From NCBI RefSeq assembly GCF_045037415.1, contig NZ_CP173438.1: a stretch of DNA of 64,000 nucleotides. The stretch is one strand, 5' to 3'. Positions 23,628 through 35,376 of this stretch are shown one piece after another (within the stretch, counting starts at the first letter, position 1; the number at the start of each line of letters is the position of its first letter). The translations under genes and the position numbers were made by a program. Under the pieces are notes generated by a model. The model was not told where the DNA came from. It searched no databases and saw nothing but the letters and a program-made list of their open reading frames with translations. The DNA comes from Escherichia coli (lineage in GTDB: Bacteria; Pseudomonadota; Gammaproteobacteria; Enterobacterales; Enterobacteriaceae).

Positions 23628-23876
23628 AATTTCTCACATGTAATTCTGATCACTCATCATTATAGATAATAGAAGAGTGAAATGATTAACCAAGTGAGCG
23701 TTTATCGACAACCGCCCGTTTTGAGCGGATGTCGACAGGTAAAAACCATTTAAAAAAGCAGCATCATATATTTGAAGCGACTTTCAATGGCCATTGCAAC
23801 ACAATCAGAAATGACAGGAATAGAGAGAGTAAAAAGCAACAGCAGACTGAATATAGCGCGCATTAAAAGATTCATA

Positions 23877-25325
23877 TTATTCTCCATGCTCATTTTTCTT
23901 CAGCTTGCGCATCAGAAGCCACATACGTACTGTCCTGACTTTTAAATCTTTATCAGAGACGGATTCCTTCACCAGGTCAGCATGATGCTGGTAGCCATTA
24001 AAGAAGACGTTCAGCACAACGGCGCTAAGGGTTGCGAGCATAATGCCGCTATGCAGCAACGGTTGCAGTACGGCCGGTAACTTAGAAAAGAAATCGTGAG
24101 AGAGCGTTGGCGTCATGCCAACACCGAGACTGATCGCCACAATATAGAGGTTGTAACGGTTAGTGGTGTAGTTACAGCGCGACAGAATTCGAATCCCTGT
24201 CGCCAGTACCATGCCGAACATCACCAGCCCCGCGCCGCCCAGCACAAATTGCGGAATGGAGGCGACCAGCACCGCCATTTTGGGCACCATGCCAAACAGG
24301 ATTAATATAATTCCCGAAGAAATACACACCCAGCGGCTGTGGACGCGCGTCACGCTGACCAGCCCGACGTTCTGCGAAAATGACGTATGTGGGAAGCTGT
24401 TAAACGTGCCTCCAATCATTGTCCCGACCCCATCTACGCGTAACCCACGAATAATGTCCTGGGAAGAGAGTTTGCGACCGACTATTTCACCCAGTGCCAG
24501 GAACATCCCCATTGACTCAATAAATACGATGATGAGTACTGCGGTCATGGTCAAAATGGAAACGGGATCGAAAATCGGCATACCAAATGACATCGGCGTG
24601 ACAATCGCAAACCATGAAGCATCATGTAGCCCGGATAAATTGACTTCATTCATCATCCACGAAAGTAAAAAGCCAAATACAATCCCCAGTAATACGGCGA
24701 CGTTGGACATAAATCCTTTCGCATAGCGAGTAATGAGCAAGATAAAAATTAAGACGGCAAAGGAGATACCTAAATAAACGGGATTACCATATTGCGGATT
24801 CCCTTTACCTCCGGCGGCCCAGTCAATACCCACCTGAATGATGCTAAGCCCGATAGAAGTAATCACCACACCGGTAACCAGTGGCGGGAATAAAGGCATC
24901 AAGCGACCGATAAGTGGCGCTAATAATGTGGTGATAAAACCCGCGGCGATAGTGGCACCGAATATCCCCAGCAGGCCGATATCCGGGTTCATACCAATGG
25001 CTATCATTGGTGTTACAGCGGCGAAGGTCACCGACATAATCACCGGCAGGCGGATCCCCATAAAGCGGCCGATACCGATACATTGCAATAATGTGACGAT
25101 CCCGCAGCAAAAGAGATCCGAGCTAATGAGCATCGCAATAGCTTCTTTTGATAGGCCGAGTCGGTCACCAATCATAAGAGGAACAGCGACTGCACCTGCG
25201 TACATGACAAGGACGTGTTGCAGACCGAGTATGATCAGCTTTCCTGGTGATAATATGCGGTCAACCTCATCAGTTGGGCGGTCTTGCCCAGAAGATGAGG
25301 GAAGTTGGGAATCTATGGCGCTCAT
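23877..25325 (-). CDS. uacT: Uric acid:H+ symporter (NCS2/NAT family)
   Basis: Track ORF 23877..25454; internal start MSAIDSQLPSSSGQ gives 482 aa; polytopic NAT-family membrane protein. Confidence 0.88.
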   Translation of the reverse strand: MSAIDSQLPSSSGQDRPTDEVDRILSPGKLIILGLQHVLVMYAGAVAVPLMIGDRLGLSKEAIAMLISSDLFCCGIVTLLQCIGIGRFMGIRLPVIMSVTFAAVTPMIAIGMNPDIGLLGIFGATIAAGFITTLLAPLIGRLMPLFPPLVTGVVITSIGLSIIQVGIDWAAGGKGNPQYGNPVYLGISFAVLIFILLITRYAKGFMSNVAVLLGIVFGFLLSWMMNEVNLSGLHDASWFAIVTPMSFGMPIFDPVSILTMTAVLIIVFIESMGMFLALGEIVGRKLSSQDIIRGLRVDGVGTMIGGTFNSFPHTSFSQNVGLVSVTRVHSRWVCISSGIILILFGMVPKMAVLVASIPQFVLGGAGLVMFGMVLATGIRILSRCNYTTNRYNLYIVAISLGVGMTPTLSHDFFSKLPAVLQPLLHSGIMLATLSAVVLNVFFNGYQHHADLVKESVSDKDLKVRTVRMWLLMRKLKKNEHGE

Positions 25326-25760
25326 CAGTGTTTCTCCTTTCGCCCGCCAGAGTAAAAAGCAACCGTTTATGTTCATGAAACTGTCTAAACACATGCTCGT
25401 GGAGTGCCAGTTTTTGCGAGGAAGGGGAGTTAGAGACAGGAATTGCGGAGGCAATCACATAATCGTGGTTAAACCACGAAAATGAGAAGAGAACCTGACA
25501 ATGGAATTATCTGTAATTTTCTCATATTGATATTTCATTAATCATTCTGGCATGTCGCACTCTCGCATTTAATCGTTTTTATCTGGATAGCATTCTTTTG
25601 ATCGGCAATGTTGAAATAATGAAAGCGGCATAGATTGAGGGGCAATAATTTGAACTCAGTTGCAAAATTATAATTAAAACGGTCATGCTACCTAATATAT
25701 GCCCGTTTATTGCATCGCGAAATTTGAGAAGACATAACTCATTAAATGAAAGGGATGCAA

Positions 25761-27680
25761 ATGAATAAGTTTATCGCTGCTGAAGCTGCGGAATGTATAG
25801 GCTGCCATGCTTGTGAAATTGCCTGTGCGGTGGCACATAATCAAGAAAACTGGCCGCTGAGTCACAGTGACTTTCGACCGCGTATCCACGTTGTAGGGAA
25901 AGGCCAGGCTGCGAATCCGGTGGCCTGCCATCACTGCAACAATGCCCCTTGCGTTACGGCTTGTCCGGTTAATGCTCTGACTTTCCAGTCCGATAGCGTA
26001 CAACTGGACGAGCAAAAATGTATTGGTTGTAAAAGATGCGCAATCGCTTGCCCCTTTGGCGTCGTTGAGATGGTCGATACGATTGCACAGAAATGCGACC
26101 TTTGTAACCAGCGCAGTTCCGGCACGCAAGCCTGTATTGACGTCTGCCCAACACAGGCGTTACGGCTGATGGACGATAAAGGGTTGCAGCAGATAAAGGT
26201 GGCCCGCCAGCGCAAAACGGCAGCAGGAAAAGCGTCATCAGACGCTCAGCCATCTCGCAGTGCAGCGTTGCTCCCCGTTAACTCGCGTAAAGGCGCAGAT
26301 AAAATTTCAGCGAGTGAACGGAAAACCCACTTTGGCGAAATCTATTGCGGGCTGGATCCACAACAAGCGACTTATGAGAGTGACCGCTGTGTTTATTGTG
26401 CCGAAAAAGCTAACTGCAACTGGCATTGTCCGCTGCATAACGCTATTCCGGATTACATCCGTCTGGTACAGGAAGGAAAGATTATTGAAGCGGCAGAACT
26501 TTGCCACCAGACCAGTTCCTTACCCGAAATCTGCGGCAGGGTATGTCCACAGGACCGTCTTTGTGAAGGTGCATGTACTTTGAAAGATCACTCTGGCGCA
26601 GTCTCTATCGGTAATCTGGAACGCTACATCACCGATACTGCGCTGGCGATGGGCTGGCGTCCCGATGTCAGCAAAGTTGTTCCCCGTAGCGAAAAAGTGG
26701 CGGTGATTGGCGCTGGACCTGCAGGATTAGGGTGTGCTGATATTCTGGCGCGCGCGGGAGTTCAGGTTGATGTCTTTGATCGCCATCCAGAAATTGGCGG
26801 TATGCTGACTTTTGGCATTCCTCCTTTCAAACTCGATAAAACGGTATTAAGCCAGCGGCGAGAGATATTCACCGCAATGGGAATCGATTTCCATCTCAAC
26901 TGTGAAATTGGCCGCGATATCTCTTTCAACGAATTAACGGCGGAATATGATGCTGTTTTCCTCGGCGTGGGGACTTACGGGATGATGCGAGCAGATCTGC
27001 CGCATGAAGATGCGCCTGGTGTCATTCAGGCGTTACCGTTCCTGACCGCCCATACCCGCCAGCTCATGGGATTGCCGGAGTCTGCAGAGTATCCGCTGAC
27101 GGATGTGGAAGGTAAGCGAGTTGTGGTATTGGGCGGTGGCGATACGACAATGGATTGTTTGCGGACTTCCATCCGCCTTAATGCTGCCAGCGTGACCTGT
27201 GCGTATCGTCGTGATGAAGTCAGTATGCCGGGTTCGCGCAAAGAGGTGGTCAATGCCCGCGAGGAAGGTGTTGAGTTTCAGTTCAATGTTCAGCCGCAAT
27301 ATATCGCTTGTGATGAAGATGGACGCTTAACGGCGGTGGGCCTGATTCGTACCGCTATGGGTGAGCCGGGGCCGGATGGCCGCCGTCGTCCTCGTCCGGT
27401 TGCGGGTTCAGAGTTTGAATTGCCCGCCGATGTTCTCATTATGGCCTTTGGTTTCCAGGCACATACCATGCCGTGGTTGCAGGGCAGCGGAATTAAACTC
27501 GATAAATGGGGCCTGATTCAAACCGGCGACGTCGGGTATTTACCCACCCAGACGCATCTGAAAAAAGTCTTTGCTGGTGGTGATGCAGTTCATGGCGCAG
27601 ATCTGGTTGTCACTGCAATGGCCGCAGGAAGGCAGGCGGCGCGCGATATGTTAACTCTGTTTGATACGAAGGCATCGTGA
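25761..27680 (+). CDS. ygfT: Fe-S / FAD-NAD(P) oxidoreductase YgfT (glutamate synthase small-subunit-like)
   Basis: Track ORF 25746..27680; start [11 protein letters not shown] gives 639 aa; 4Fe-4S motif [11 protein letters not shown] and dinucleotide fold VIGAGPAGL. Confidence 0.9.
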   Translation: MNKFIAAEAAECIGCHACEIACAVAHNQENWPLSHSDFRPRIHVVGKGQAANPVACHHCNNAPCVTACPVNALTFQSDSVQLDEQKCIGCKRCAIACPFGVVEMVDTIAQKCDLCNQRSSGTQACIDVCPTQALRLMDDKGLQQIKVARQRKTAAGKASSDAQPSRSAALLPVNSRKGADKISASERKTHFGEIYCGLDPQQATYESDRCVYCAEKANCNWHCPLHNAIPDYIRLVQEGKIIEAAELCHQTSSLPEICGRVCPQDRLCEGACTLKDHSGAVSIGNLERYITDTALAMGWRPDVSKVVPRSEKVAVIGAGPAGLGCADILARAGVQVDVFDRHPEIGGMLTFGIPPFKLDKTVLSQRREIFTAMGIDFHLNCEIGRDISFNELTAEYDAVFLGVGTYGMMRADLPHEDAPGVIQALPFLTAHTRQLMGLPESAEYPLTDVEGKRVVVLGGGDTTMDCLRTSIRLNAASVTCAYRRDEVSMPGSRKEVVNAREEGVEFQFNVQPQYIACDEDGRLTAVGLIRTAMGEPGPDGRRRPRPVAGSEFELPADVLIMAFGFQAHTMPWLQGSGIKLDKWGLIQTGDVGYLPTQTHLKKVFAGGDAVHGADLVVTAMAAGRQAARDMLTLFDTKAS

Positions 27681-28168
27681 TGAAATCGTTAATTATCGTT
27701 AATCCGGCTGACTGTATTGGCTGCCGTACTTGTGAAGTGGCCTGTGTGGTCGCTCACCCTTCAGAACAGGAGTTGAATGCCGATATCTTTTTACCCCGGC
27801 TGAAGGTACAACGGCTGGATAGCATCAGTGCGCCGGTGATGTGCCATCAGTGTGAAAACGCCCCTTGTGTTGGCGCTTGTCCCGTGGGGGCGCTGACGAT
27901 GGGCGAGCAGGTGGTGCAGGCAAATTCTGCCCGTTGTATTGGCTGTCAGAGTTGCGTCAGTGCGTGCCCGTTTGGAATGATCACCATTCAGTCATTGCCG
28001 GGGGATACCCGGCAACAAATCGTGAAATGCGATCTCTGTGAACAGCGGGAAGAGGGGCCAGCCTGCGTTGAATCTTGCCCGACACAGGCGCTGCAGTTGC
28101 TGACTGAAAGAGAACTCAGGCGAGTCCGCCAGCAGCGTATTGTTGCCAGCAGTGAGAATCCTCTGTGA
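27677..28168 (+). CDS. ygfS: 4Fe-4S ferredoxin-type protein YgfS
   Basis: 163-aa ORF with repeated CxxCxxCxxxCP clusters ([23 protein letters not shown]); ATGA overlap with ygfT. Confidence 0.9.
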   Translation: MMKSLIIVNPADCIGCRTCEVACVVAHPSEQELNADIFLPRLKVQRLDSISAPVMCHQCENAPCVGACPVGALTMGEQVVQANSARCIGCQSCVSACPFGMITIQSLPGDTRQQIVKCDLCEQREEGPACVESCPTQALQLLTERELRRVRQQRIVASSENPL

Positions 28169-28203
28169 AAGAAATCTCCGCGCTGAAAGGCGCGGAGAAT
28201 CTA

Positions 28204-29571
28204 TTAGATTGCCCAACCACCCGCGTAAAACGCGACCAGTGCGGCAGTAATGATCACCGTACCAATATTCAGCTTTTGCCATTCGCGCGCAAAGACGCGA
28301 CCCACCACCAGTGTTACAAAGCCCAGCATAATACCGGTAACGATATTACAAGTCAGAACGATGAACACGGCACACACCAGGCCAGCCATTGCGTCAATAA
28401 AATCGTTGAAATCCAGCTTCGAGACGTTGCTTAACATCAGCAAACCCACGTACATCAGTGCGGGAGCTGTGGCATAACCGGGGATCAGAAACGATAACGG
28501 TGATAAAAACAGAATCATCAGGAACAACACACCAACCACGGTTGCGGTTAAACCGGTTTTCCCCCCGGCGGCGGTTCCTGCCGCTGATTCGATATAAACC
28601 GCCGCGGGCGCTGCGCCCACCAGGCCGGAGAATATTGAACTTACTGAGTCACTGGTCAGGGCTTTGCCGCCGTTGATGATCTGGTTGTCTTTATCCAACA
28701 AATTCGCCTGACCGGCGACGGCACGGATGGTGCCAGTGGCGTCGAACACTGCGGTCATCACCAATGCCAGTACACTCGGAAGTACAGTTGGCTGGAGTGC
28801 GCCCATAATATCGAGGCTGAAAATCAGAGACTTACCATCTTCGCCAGTCAGGCTTGGCATCGCCACCAGACCGTGGTACTTCACCGCTGGGTCAAAGATT
28901 AAGCCGATGATCGAAATTGCAATAATCACCAACAAGATCCCGCCGGGTACGCGGCACTTTTCCAGACCGAAGATGACCGCCAGCCCCAGTAAGCTCATCA
29001 TCACCGGGAAGGAGGTAAAGGCACCGAGCGCCACTGGCAAGCCTTCAATCGGGTTTTTTATAACCATTCCCACACCGTTAGCAGCAATCAGCAGCAGAAA
29101 CAGGCCGATACCGATACCTGTACCGTGAGCGATCCCCATCGGCAAATTACGTAAGATCCAGGTACGCACACCGGTTACGGAAATAGCGGTGAAGATGACG
29201 CCCATCAGAAAGACTGCGCCCAGTGCGACAGGAACGCTAATTTGTTGCCCGAGTACCAGACTGAATGCGGTAAACGCCGTCAAGGAAATAGCGCAACCAA
29301 TCGCCATTGGCAAATTGGCCCATAACCCCATCAGCAACGAGCCGAAGCCCGCGACCAGACAGGTGGCAACAAACACAGCTGCGGGAGGAAAACCTGCTTT
29401 GCCCAGCATTCCCGGAACGACGATAACGGAATAAACCATGGCCAGAAAGGTCGTTAAGCCAGCCAGTACTTCCTGACGAACGGTACTGCCACGAGCGGTA
29501 ATTTTAAAATAATTATCCAGCGCGCCCTGTGGCTTTGGTGCGTCCGGTGTTTGTAGGATGTCTCCAGACAT
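28204..29571 (-). CDS. ghxQ: Guanine/hypoxanthine permease (AzgA-like, YgfQ)
   Basis: 455-aa polytopic membrane [38 protein letters not shown]... Confidence 0.88.
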   Translation of the reverse strand: MSGDILQTPDAPKPQGALDNYFKITARGSTVRQEVLAGLTTFLAMVYSVIVVPGMLGKAGFPPAAVFVATCLVAGFGSLLMGLWANLPMAIGCAISLTAFTAFSLVLGQQISVPVALGAVFLMGVIFTAISVTGVRTWILRNLPMGIAHGTGIGIGLFLLLIAANGVGMVIKNPIEGLPVALGAFTSFPVMMSLLGLAVIFGLEKCRVPGGILLVIIAISIIGLIFDPAVKYHGLVAMPSLTGEDGKSLIFSLDIMGALQPTVLPSVLALVMTAVFDATGTIRAVAGQANLLDKDNQIINGGKALTSDSVSSIFSGLVGAAPAAVYIESAAGTAAGGKTGLTATVVGVLFLMILFLSPLSFLIPGYATAPALMYVGLLMLSNVSKLDFNDFIDAMAGLVCAVFIVLTCNIVTGIMLGFVTLVVGRVFAREWQKLNIGTVIITAALVAFYAGGWAI

Positions 29572-29606
29572 AATGATGTCCTCACGAGGATGTTAAAGTT
29601 TTATTA

Positions 29607-30926
29607 TTAGTTGCGTTCGTACACCAGACGACCATCAACGTAGGTGCGGTAGATCGAACGGTCATCGCCCAACGTCATCATCACGAACAATTTGTCGACT
29701 AAAGAAACAGAGTTGTCATAGCGCAGCTGCTGTAGCGGAGTGGCAGTGGGTTCCATCACCACGAAATCAGCCTCTTTGCCAGGTAAAAAGTTGCCAATCA
29801 AATCGTCAAGGCCCAGAGATTTCGCTCCGCCGAGCGTGGCCAGGTAAAACGCTTCATATGCCGAGAGGCGATAGCCTTGTAATTGCAATACCTTGTAGGC
29901 TTCGTTCAGCGTTTGCAGCATGTTAAAAGTTGTTCCGGCACCGATATCCGTTCCCATGCCCACTTTGACTTTCTTCTGCCATGCTTTTTTCAAGTTGAAT
30001 AAGCCGCTGCCGAGGTAAAGGTTGGAGGTCGGACAGAAAGCAATGCTGGATTTGGTTTCGCTGAGACGATCCCACTCTTTTTCTTCGAGATGGACGCAGT
30101 GAGCAAAGACGCAGTTTTTACCGGTCAGGCCGTACTGATGGTAAACATCAAGATAACCATCATGGTCAGGATAAAGCGATTTCACCCAGGCAATTTCATC
30201 TTTGTTTTCACAGAGATGGGTATGTACCCATGTATCCGGATATTCTTCTTTCAGGCGTTGCGCCATCGCCATCTGTTCAGGAGATGAGGTAGGGGCGAAG
30301 CGTGGCGTAATCGCATACAACAGACGACCATTTTTGTGCCAGCGTTCAATCAGTTCTTTGCTTTGGTGATAGCTGCTTTCGGCAGTGTCGAGCAGATAAT
30401 CCGGTGCGTTTCGGTCCATCATCACTTTACCGGCAATCATACGCATATTGATATGACTGGCGGCTTCAAACAGCGCATCAACGGATTGTGGATGAACAGT
30501 GCCAAACACCAGCGCCGTGGTGGTTCCGTTACGTAAAAGCTGCTTGATGAAGAACGCCGACATCTCGCGGGCGTACTCTAAATCCTCATAACGACGTTCA
30601 GTAGGGAAGGTGTGTTTATTCAACCACTCCAGCAATTGTTCACCATAGGCCCCCACCATTTCACTTTGCGGATAATGGATATGTGTATCGATAAAGCCCG
30701 GTACTATCAGTTTGCCGCGATAGTCGCGCACGCGAATGGTGTCAGGAATTTGATGCTTTCCGTCTTCCCATTCGCCAAACCATTCCACTTTTCCCTGTTT
30801 AATGAGTAATAAACCATCCTCAATAAACCGCAGCGCAGAGGCAATTTCTTCCGGGTTATCGACCGTACGGGTGACATCAATAAAACTGCCTCGTACCGCT
30901 TTTAACGTGTGTTCTCCTGACATCAT
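29607..30926 (-). CDS. guaD: Guanine deaminase
   Basis: Track ORF 29607..31046; start MMSGEHTLKAVRGSF gives 439 aa; amidohydrolase HxH motif PGFIDTHIHYPQ. Confidence 0.92.
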   Translation of the reverse strand: MMSGEHTLKAVRGSFIDVTRTVDNPEEIASALRFIEDGLLLIKQGKVEWFGEWEDGKHQIPDTIRVRDYRGKLIVPGFIDTHIHYPQSEMVGAYGEQLLEWLNKHTFPTERRYEDLEYAREMSAFFIKQLLRNGTTTALVFGTVHPQSVDALFEAASHINMRMIAGKVMMDRNAPDYLLDTAESSYHQSKELIERWHKNGRLLYAITPRFAPTSSPEQMAMAQRLKEEYPDTWVHTHLCENKDEIAWVKSLYPDHDGYLDVYHQYGLTGKNCVFAHCVHLEEKEWDRLSETKSSIAFCPTSNLYLGSGLFNLKKAWQKKVKVGMGTDIGAGTTFNMLQTLNEAYKVLQLQGYRLSAYEAFYLATLGGAKSLGLDDLIGNFLPGKEADFVVMEPTATPLQQLRYDNSVSLVDKLFVMMTLGDDRSIYRTYVDGRLVYERN

Positions 30927-30940
30927 TGACTCCTTTACTG

Positions 30941-32341
30941 TTAATCCATCTCTTCCGCTGAGGTAATACCAGGCAGAACGTTTTCCTGTCGGTAGCCACC
31001 AGGGAGGATAATATTTAATAAAATCGCAGTTAACCCGCCAGCACAAATAGGGTTTTCAACTAATACATAAATAGAGGCTGGCAATATTTTAAAAATTTCG
31101 GGATCGTAGGAGATACCAAGCCCTAAACCTAAAGAAGTGGCAACAATAAGCGTTTCACGGCGCTTTAAACCGTTGGTGATGATGATGCGAATCCCTGCGA
31201 TGGCAATCATGGAAAACATCAACGTCATTGCGCCTCCCAGAACTGCTGAGGGAATGGTCGTGAAGAAGCCGCCAATCATCGGAAATAAGCCGAGGATAAC
31301 CAGCATTACCGCGATGGTTCGCCCGACATAACGTGAAGCGACGCCAGTCATCTGAATAACCCCATTATTTTGCGCAAACGTGGTTAATGGTAATGAACCG
31401 ACAGCGGAGGCGATAACAGAAACCAGACCATCTGCCAGCACGCCGCCTTTCAGTCGGGACTGATACTCTTCCCCCTGAATGGGACGGCGGGAAACCATTG
31501 CCGTGGCGGTGATATCGCCGACAGCTTCCAGCACGCTAAGCAGATAAATCGTGCCAACCACCAGGAACTGATGGAAGCTAAAACTAAAGCCGTATTTGAA
31601 CGGATGCGGGATGGTGATTAACGGCAAATTGCGCATACTGCTGAAATCCACCATGCCCAGGCATAACGATGCGATATAGCCGACACATAGCCCAATGGCG
31701 ATCCCTCCCATGCGTAGCAACGGACTGCGACAGCAGTTAAAGCCGATCACCACAATCAAAACCAATAAACCAACGCCGAGATGTTCGTAATTGCCGAACG
31801 TACCGCTGCTTTTGGCTGCAAATCCTCCACCAAAATCAATAATGCCGACTTTAATCAGGCTTAAGCCGATCATCAGCACCACAATGCCGCTGACGGTAGG
31901 CGTAATAACCCGACGTAAATAGGGCAGGATAAAAGAAGAGCCGACAACCAGAAATGCGCCAACGAAGGAGACGCCGAGGAGCGACGACATGATTAACTCT
32001 TCGTGAAAACCGTCGCTTTTCATGCTGCTGCCCAGCGCAATCATGACCGTAACAAATGAAAAATTGACTGACTGAATTGAAAGTAAACCAGAACCGACGA
32101 TGCCGTAGCGGTTTACTTGTAACCAGGTACCAATACCAGAGGCGATCATCGCCATAGAAACAAGATAGGCAGTTGTTTCAGCGGAAAGCTGTAAGGCCGC
32201 ACCCACGATTAACGCGGGGGTTACCATCGGAACGAAAATTGCCAACAGATGGGTAATGGCACCTACGAGAGCCTGATGAAAGGGAGGGCGATCCTCCAGT
32301 TCAAATATAAGGTCAGAACCTGCATGGTTTATATCAGACAT
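30941..32341 (-). CDS. xanQ: Xanthine permease (NCS2/NAT family, YgfO)
   Basis: Track ORF 30941..32398; start MSDINHAGSDLIFELEDRPPF gives 466 aa. Confidence 0.9.
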   Translation of the reverse strand: MSDINHAGSDLIFELEDRPPFHQALVGAITHLLAIFVPMVTPALIVGAALQLSAETTAYLVSMAMIASGIGTWLQVNRYGIVGSGLLSIQSVNFSFVTVMIALGSSMKSDGFHEELIMSSLLGVSFVGAFLVVGSSFILPYLRRVITPTVSGIVVLMIGLSLIKVGIIDFGGGFAAKSSGTFGNYEHLGVGLLVLIVVIGFNCCRSPLLRMGGIAIGLCVGYIASLCLGMVDFSSMRNLPLITIPHPFKYGFSFSFHQFLVVGTIYLLSVLEAVGDITATAMVSRRPIQGEEYQSRLKGGVLADGLVSVIASAVGSLPLTTFAQNNGVIQMTGVASRYVGRTIAVMLVILGLFPMIGGFFTTIPSAVLGGAMTLMFSMIAIAGIRIIITNGLKRRETLIVATSLGLGLGISYDPEIFKILPASIYVLVENPICAGGLTAILLNIILPGGYRQENVLPGITSAEEMD

Positions 32342-32505
32342 CCCTTCACTCCTTTTAAAGTAAATTTGATCATCTGAATTAGTAAAATAAATTCCCACGA
32401 ATTTGGGGCGCAGGACGCCTTGAGAACGGCTTATCTCATTTTCGCAGTCACTATTTAGTCATCGTTCAAACAGAGAAACAGGCCGCCGAAGCGGCCATTT
32501 ATTAC

Positions 32506-35376
32506 TTATATTTTTTCCAGCGCGGTGAGTATTTTCTCCGGTGTGAAATGCCATTCGCGTAACCAGATGCCGCAGGCATCGTGAATTGCGGTAGCAATCG
32601 CCGGAGCTGCGCCATTTACACCGATTTCCGAGATCGATTTCGCCCCGAATGGGCCGACTTTATCGTCGCTCGGCACCAGCACAGCGCGGAAATCACGCGG
32701 AATGTCACCAATTTTCGGTGCGCCGTAACTGCGTAAATCACGCGTTAACGGGTGACCTTCGGCGTCATAAATGATCTCTTCGCTCATACTGTGGCCGATA
32801 GCACGCAGGGTGGCACCGTAGATTTGTCCCAACGCTAACTCTGGATTGACCGGTGTACCGCAGTCCAGCAAGGCGTAGAATTTATCCAGGCGGATTTCAC
32901 CCGTACGCGTGTTGACGGCAACTTCAGCGAAGTTTGCGCCATACGGGAAGGCGAAATCAGGTGTGATATAACTGCCAGTTCCCACCAGTGAACCAAAGCC
33001 GGTGCCGGTTTCGCCTTTATGGGCTATCTCTCCGAAACTAACTTCGCCTTTCTTGCCGCGAACGACGCCCGGCGTTGCTAGTTGAACATCTGCCACTGGC
33101 TCACCCAATATTTGCGCGCCGTGGAACAGGATTTTCTCCCGCAGATTTTCCGCTGCCAAACGCGCAGCGTTACCCGAGAAGCAAGTACCGGACGAGGCAT
33201 ATGCGCCTTTATCAAACAGTGCATGATCGGTATCACCAGAGATAACATGCACGTCCTGCGGTGGGCAGTGCAGCACTTCTGCTGCCAGTTTGGTCACCAC
33301 AGTATCCAGACCAGTACCAATATCCGCACCACCGGAATGAACGATAAAGGTGCCATCCGATTCCAGTTTGATCATGCAGTTAGCCTGATCGATATCCGGG
33401 ATACCCGATTTCTGCATGATAATGGCGACGCCGCGACCGATGTGCCAGTCACCATTTTGCGGTTTTGGTGAAGACCATTGGATCATCTCGCGACCCTGAC
33501 GCAGGATCTCTTCCAGTGCGCAGCTGGCGGCGGAAGGAACGGAGGTCGGCGCTTTACCTTCACCGATTGCACCGAGAATTTTCAGCTCTTGCCCTTCGTG
33601 TACCCGGTTACGTTCGATAATTTCCAGTTGGTCGATCTGTAACTGTTCAGCCAGTTCCGCTAATGCCATGGTGATAGCGAAGTTACCTTTCGGTGCGCCA
33701 TAACCCTGATAAGCACCATTTGGGCAAATGTTGCTGTAGTAGGTGGTGACCTGAAAATCGACGTTATCGCATGGATATAACGGCAGCGACAGCGCCGGTC
33801 CGTTACACGGTACGGTGAGTGAGTGGTTACCGTAAGGACCCGTGTTGGCGCGGAAATCCATCTTCACTGCCGTCAGGCGACCATCTTTTTTCGCGCCCAG
33901 TTTGACGGTGACTTTCGCGACGTGACGAGAGGTGTTAGCAATAAACTCTTCTTCACGGGTGTAGCGGAAAAGTACCGGACGCCCGGTCACGCAGGTTGCC
34001 CAGGCGCACACTTCTTCCAGCAGGATGTCCTGTTTGGAACCAAAACCGCCGCCAACTCGCTCTTTAATGACATGAACTTTATGCTGTTTCATGCCCACGA
34101 GGCGCGCGACCTGGCGGCGTAAGTGCCATGGTACCTGGGTGGAGGCGTGGATCACCAGACGATCGCCGTCCATACGGGTAAAGCAGATATGTGTTTCAGT
34201 CGGGCACTGCTGTGCCTGCGTTGAATTATAGGTTCGCTCAATGATCACATCGGCATCGGCAAAGCCTTTGTCCATATCGCCAATATGACCATGAATACTG
34301 GCGGCGATATTTTTGCGTGGGCGAGAACCGATCGGGAAGTTGATGATCATATGCTCGCCGCGCTGGGCTGCATGGCTGTTATCATCTTCCAGAGTATCTG
34401 GCGCACCAGCAACATACACCACCGGTTCATCGTGCACGACAGGCGCATCTTCCGCCATTGCCTCGTCAATCGACATTACCGGCTTAAGCACTTCATATTC
34501 AACGTCGATGAGCTTCAGTGCTTCGAGCGCAATGTCTTCACTTTCGGCTACTACCGCAGCAACGCGATCGCCGACGTGACGCATTTTCTTGCCGAACATT
34601 CGGCGGTCAAGCGGTGACGGTTCCGGTGCGCTCTGACCACCCGGGGTATAGTAAATATCCGGGCAATTCAGGTGAGTAATAACGTGAACGACGCCCGGTA
34701 AGGCTTCAGCTTTGCTGACATCCAGATGAGTAATCAGTGCGTGAGCGTGTGGGCTACGTAACATTTTAATGACGCAGGCGTCAGCCGTTACGCGATCTTC
34801 AACATAGCAGGGTTTCGCCTGCACCATTTTCGCGGCATCAGTTTTAGGATAATGCTTGCCAATGACTTCAAGGTCGTCACGGAAAGTCGGAGCGATATCA
34901 ATGGTGGCCTGCGGATTATTTTTACGTGCAACCGCCAGTTCAATGACCTGATAGTATTGCTGCCAGCCAGCATCGCGGCTAAACAGACCTGAGAGTGCGT
35001 CGTCGATCTCTTCGCGGGTAGGTGCGTCGATGCGATCGAGAAGATCGGTGATAATCAGAGCCGCAGCTGGATCGTTATAACCAGACTGCACCACGCCAAC
35101 ATCAACCATGGCCTGTTGAACCAGACTTAACTCATTCCATTTGCCCAGAGATTCTGCGGTACGAATATCTGCCTTCTCTAACTGTGCGGCGATAAGCAAG
35201 GACGCGTTAACGATATTACCGTTAAAGATAATTGCGTCAGAACCGGCAAACCCAAAGCCATCATCACTGTTGCGTACAGAGTGCATTCCCATGTTAAACA
35301 ACAGCTTTTGCACGTTTTCGCCTGGATTAACGGTTAGCTCCTGAGGCGCGCCATTTAAAGTAAAGTGGATGATCAT
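32506..35376 (-). CDS. xdhD: Molybdopterin-dependent hydroxylase, large subunit (putative selenium-dependent; YgfN)
   Basis: 956-aa ORF with N-terminal 2Fe-2S-like region and C-terminal aldehyde-oxidase/xanthine-dehydrogenase Mo-binding domains. Confidence 0.9.
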   Translation of the reverse strand: MIIHFTLNGAPQELTVNPGENVQKLLFNMGMHSVRNSDDGFGFAGSDAIIFNGNIVNASLLIAAQLEKADIRTAESLGKWNELSLVQQAMVDVGVVQSGYNDPAAALIITDLLDRIDAPTREEIDDALSGLFSRDAGWQQYYQVIELAVARKNNPQATIDIAPTFRDDLEVIGKHYPKTDAAKMVQAKPCYVEDRVTADACVIKMLRSPHAHALITHLDVSKAEALPGVVHVITHLNCPDIYYTPGGQSAPEPSPLDRRMFGKKMRHVGDRVAAVVAESEDIALEALKLIDVEYEVLKPVMSIDEAMAEDAPVVHDEPVVYVAGAPDTLEDDNSHAAQRGEHMIINFPIGSRPRKNIAASIHGHIGDMDKGFADADVIIERTYNSTQAQQCPTETHICFTRMDGDRLVIHASTQVPWHLRRQVARLVGMKQHKVHVIKERVGGGFGSKQDILLEEVCAWATCVTGRPVLFRYTREEEFIANTSRHVAKVTVKLGAKKDGRLTAVKMDFRANTGPYGNHSLTVPCNGPALSLPLYPCDNVDFQVTTYYSNICPNGAYQGYGAPKGNFAITMALAELAEQLQIDQLEIIERNRVHEGQELKILGAIGEGKAPTSVPSAASCALEEILRQGREMIQWSSPKPQNGDWHIGRGVAIIMQKSGIPDIDQANCMIKLESDGTFIVHSGGADIGTGLDTVVTKLAAEVLHCPPQDVHVISGDTDHALFDKGAYASSGTCFSGNAARLAAENLREKILFHGAQILGEPVADVQLATPGVVRGKKGEVSFGEIAHKGETGTGFGSLVGTGSYITPDFAFPYGANFAEVAVNTRTGEIRLDKFYALLDCGTPVNPELALGQIYGATLRAIGHSMSEEIIYDAEGHPLTRDLRSYGAPKIGDIPRDFRAVLVPSDDKVGPFGAKSISEIGVNGAAPAIATAIHDACGIWLREWHFTPEKILTALEKI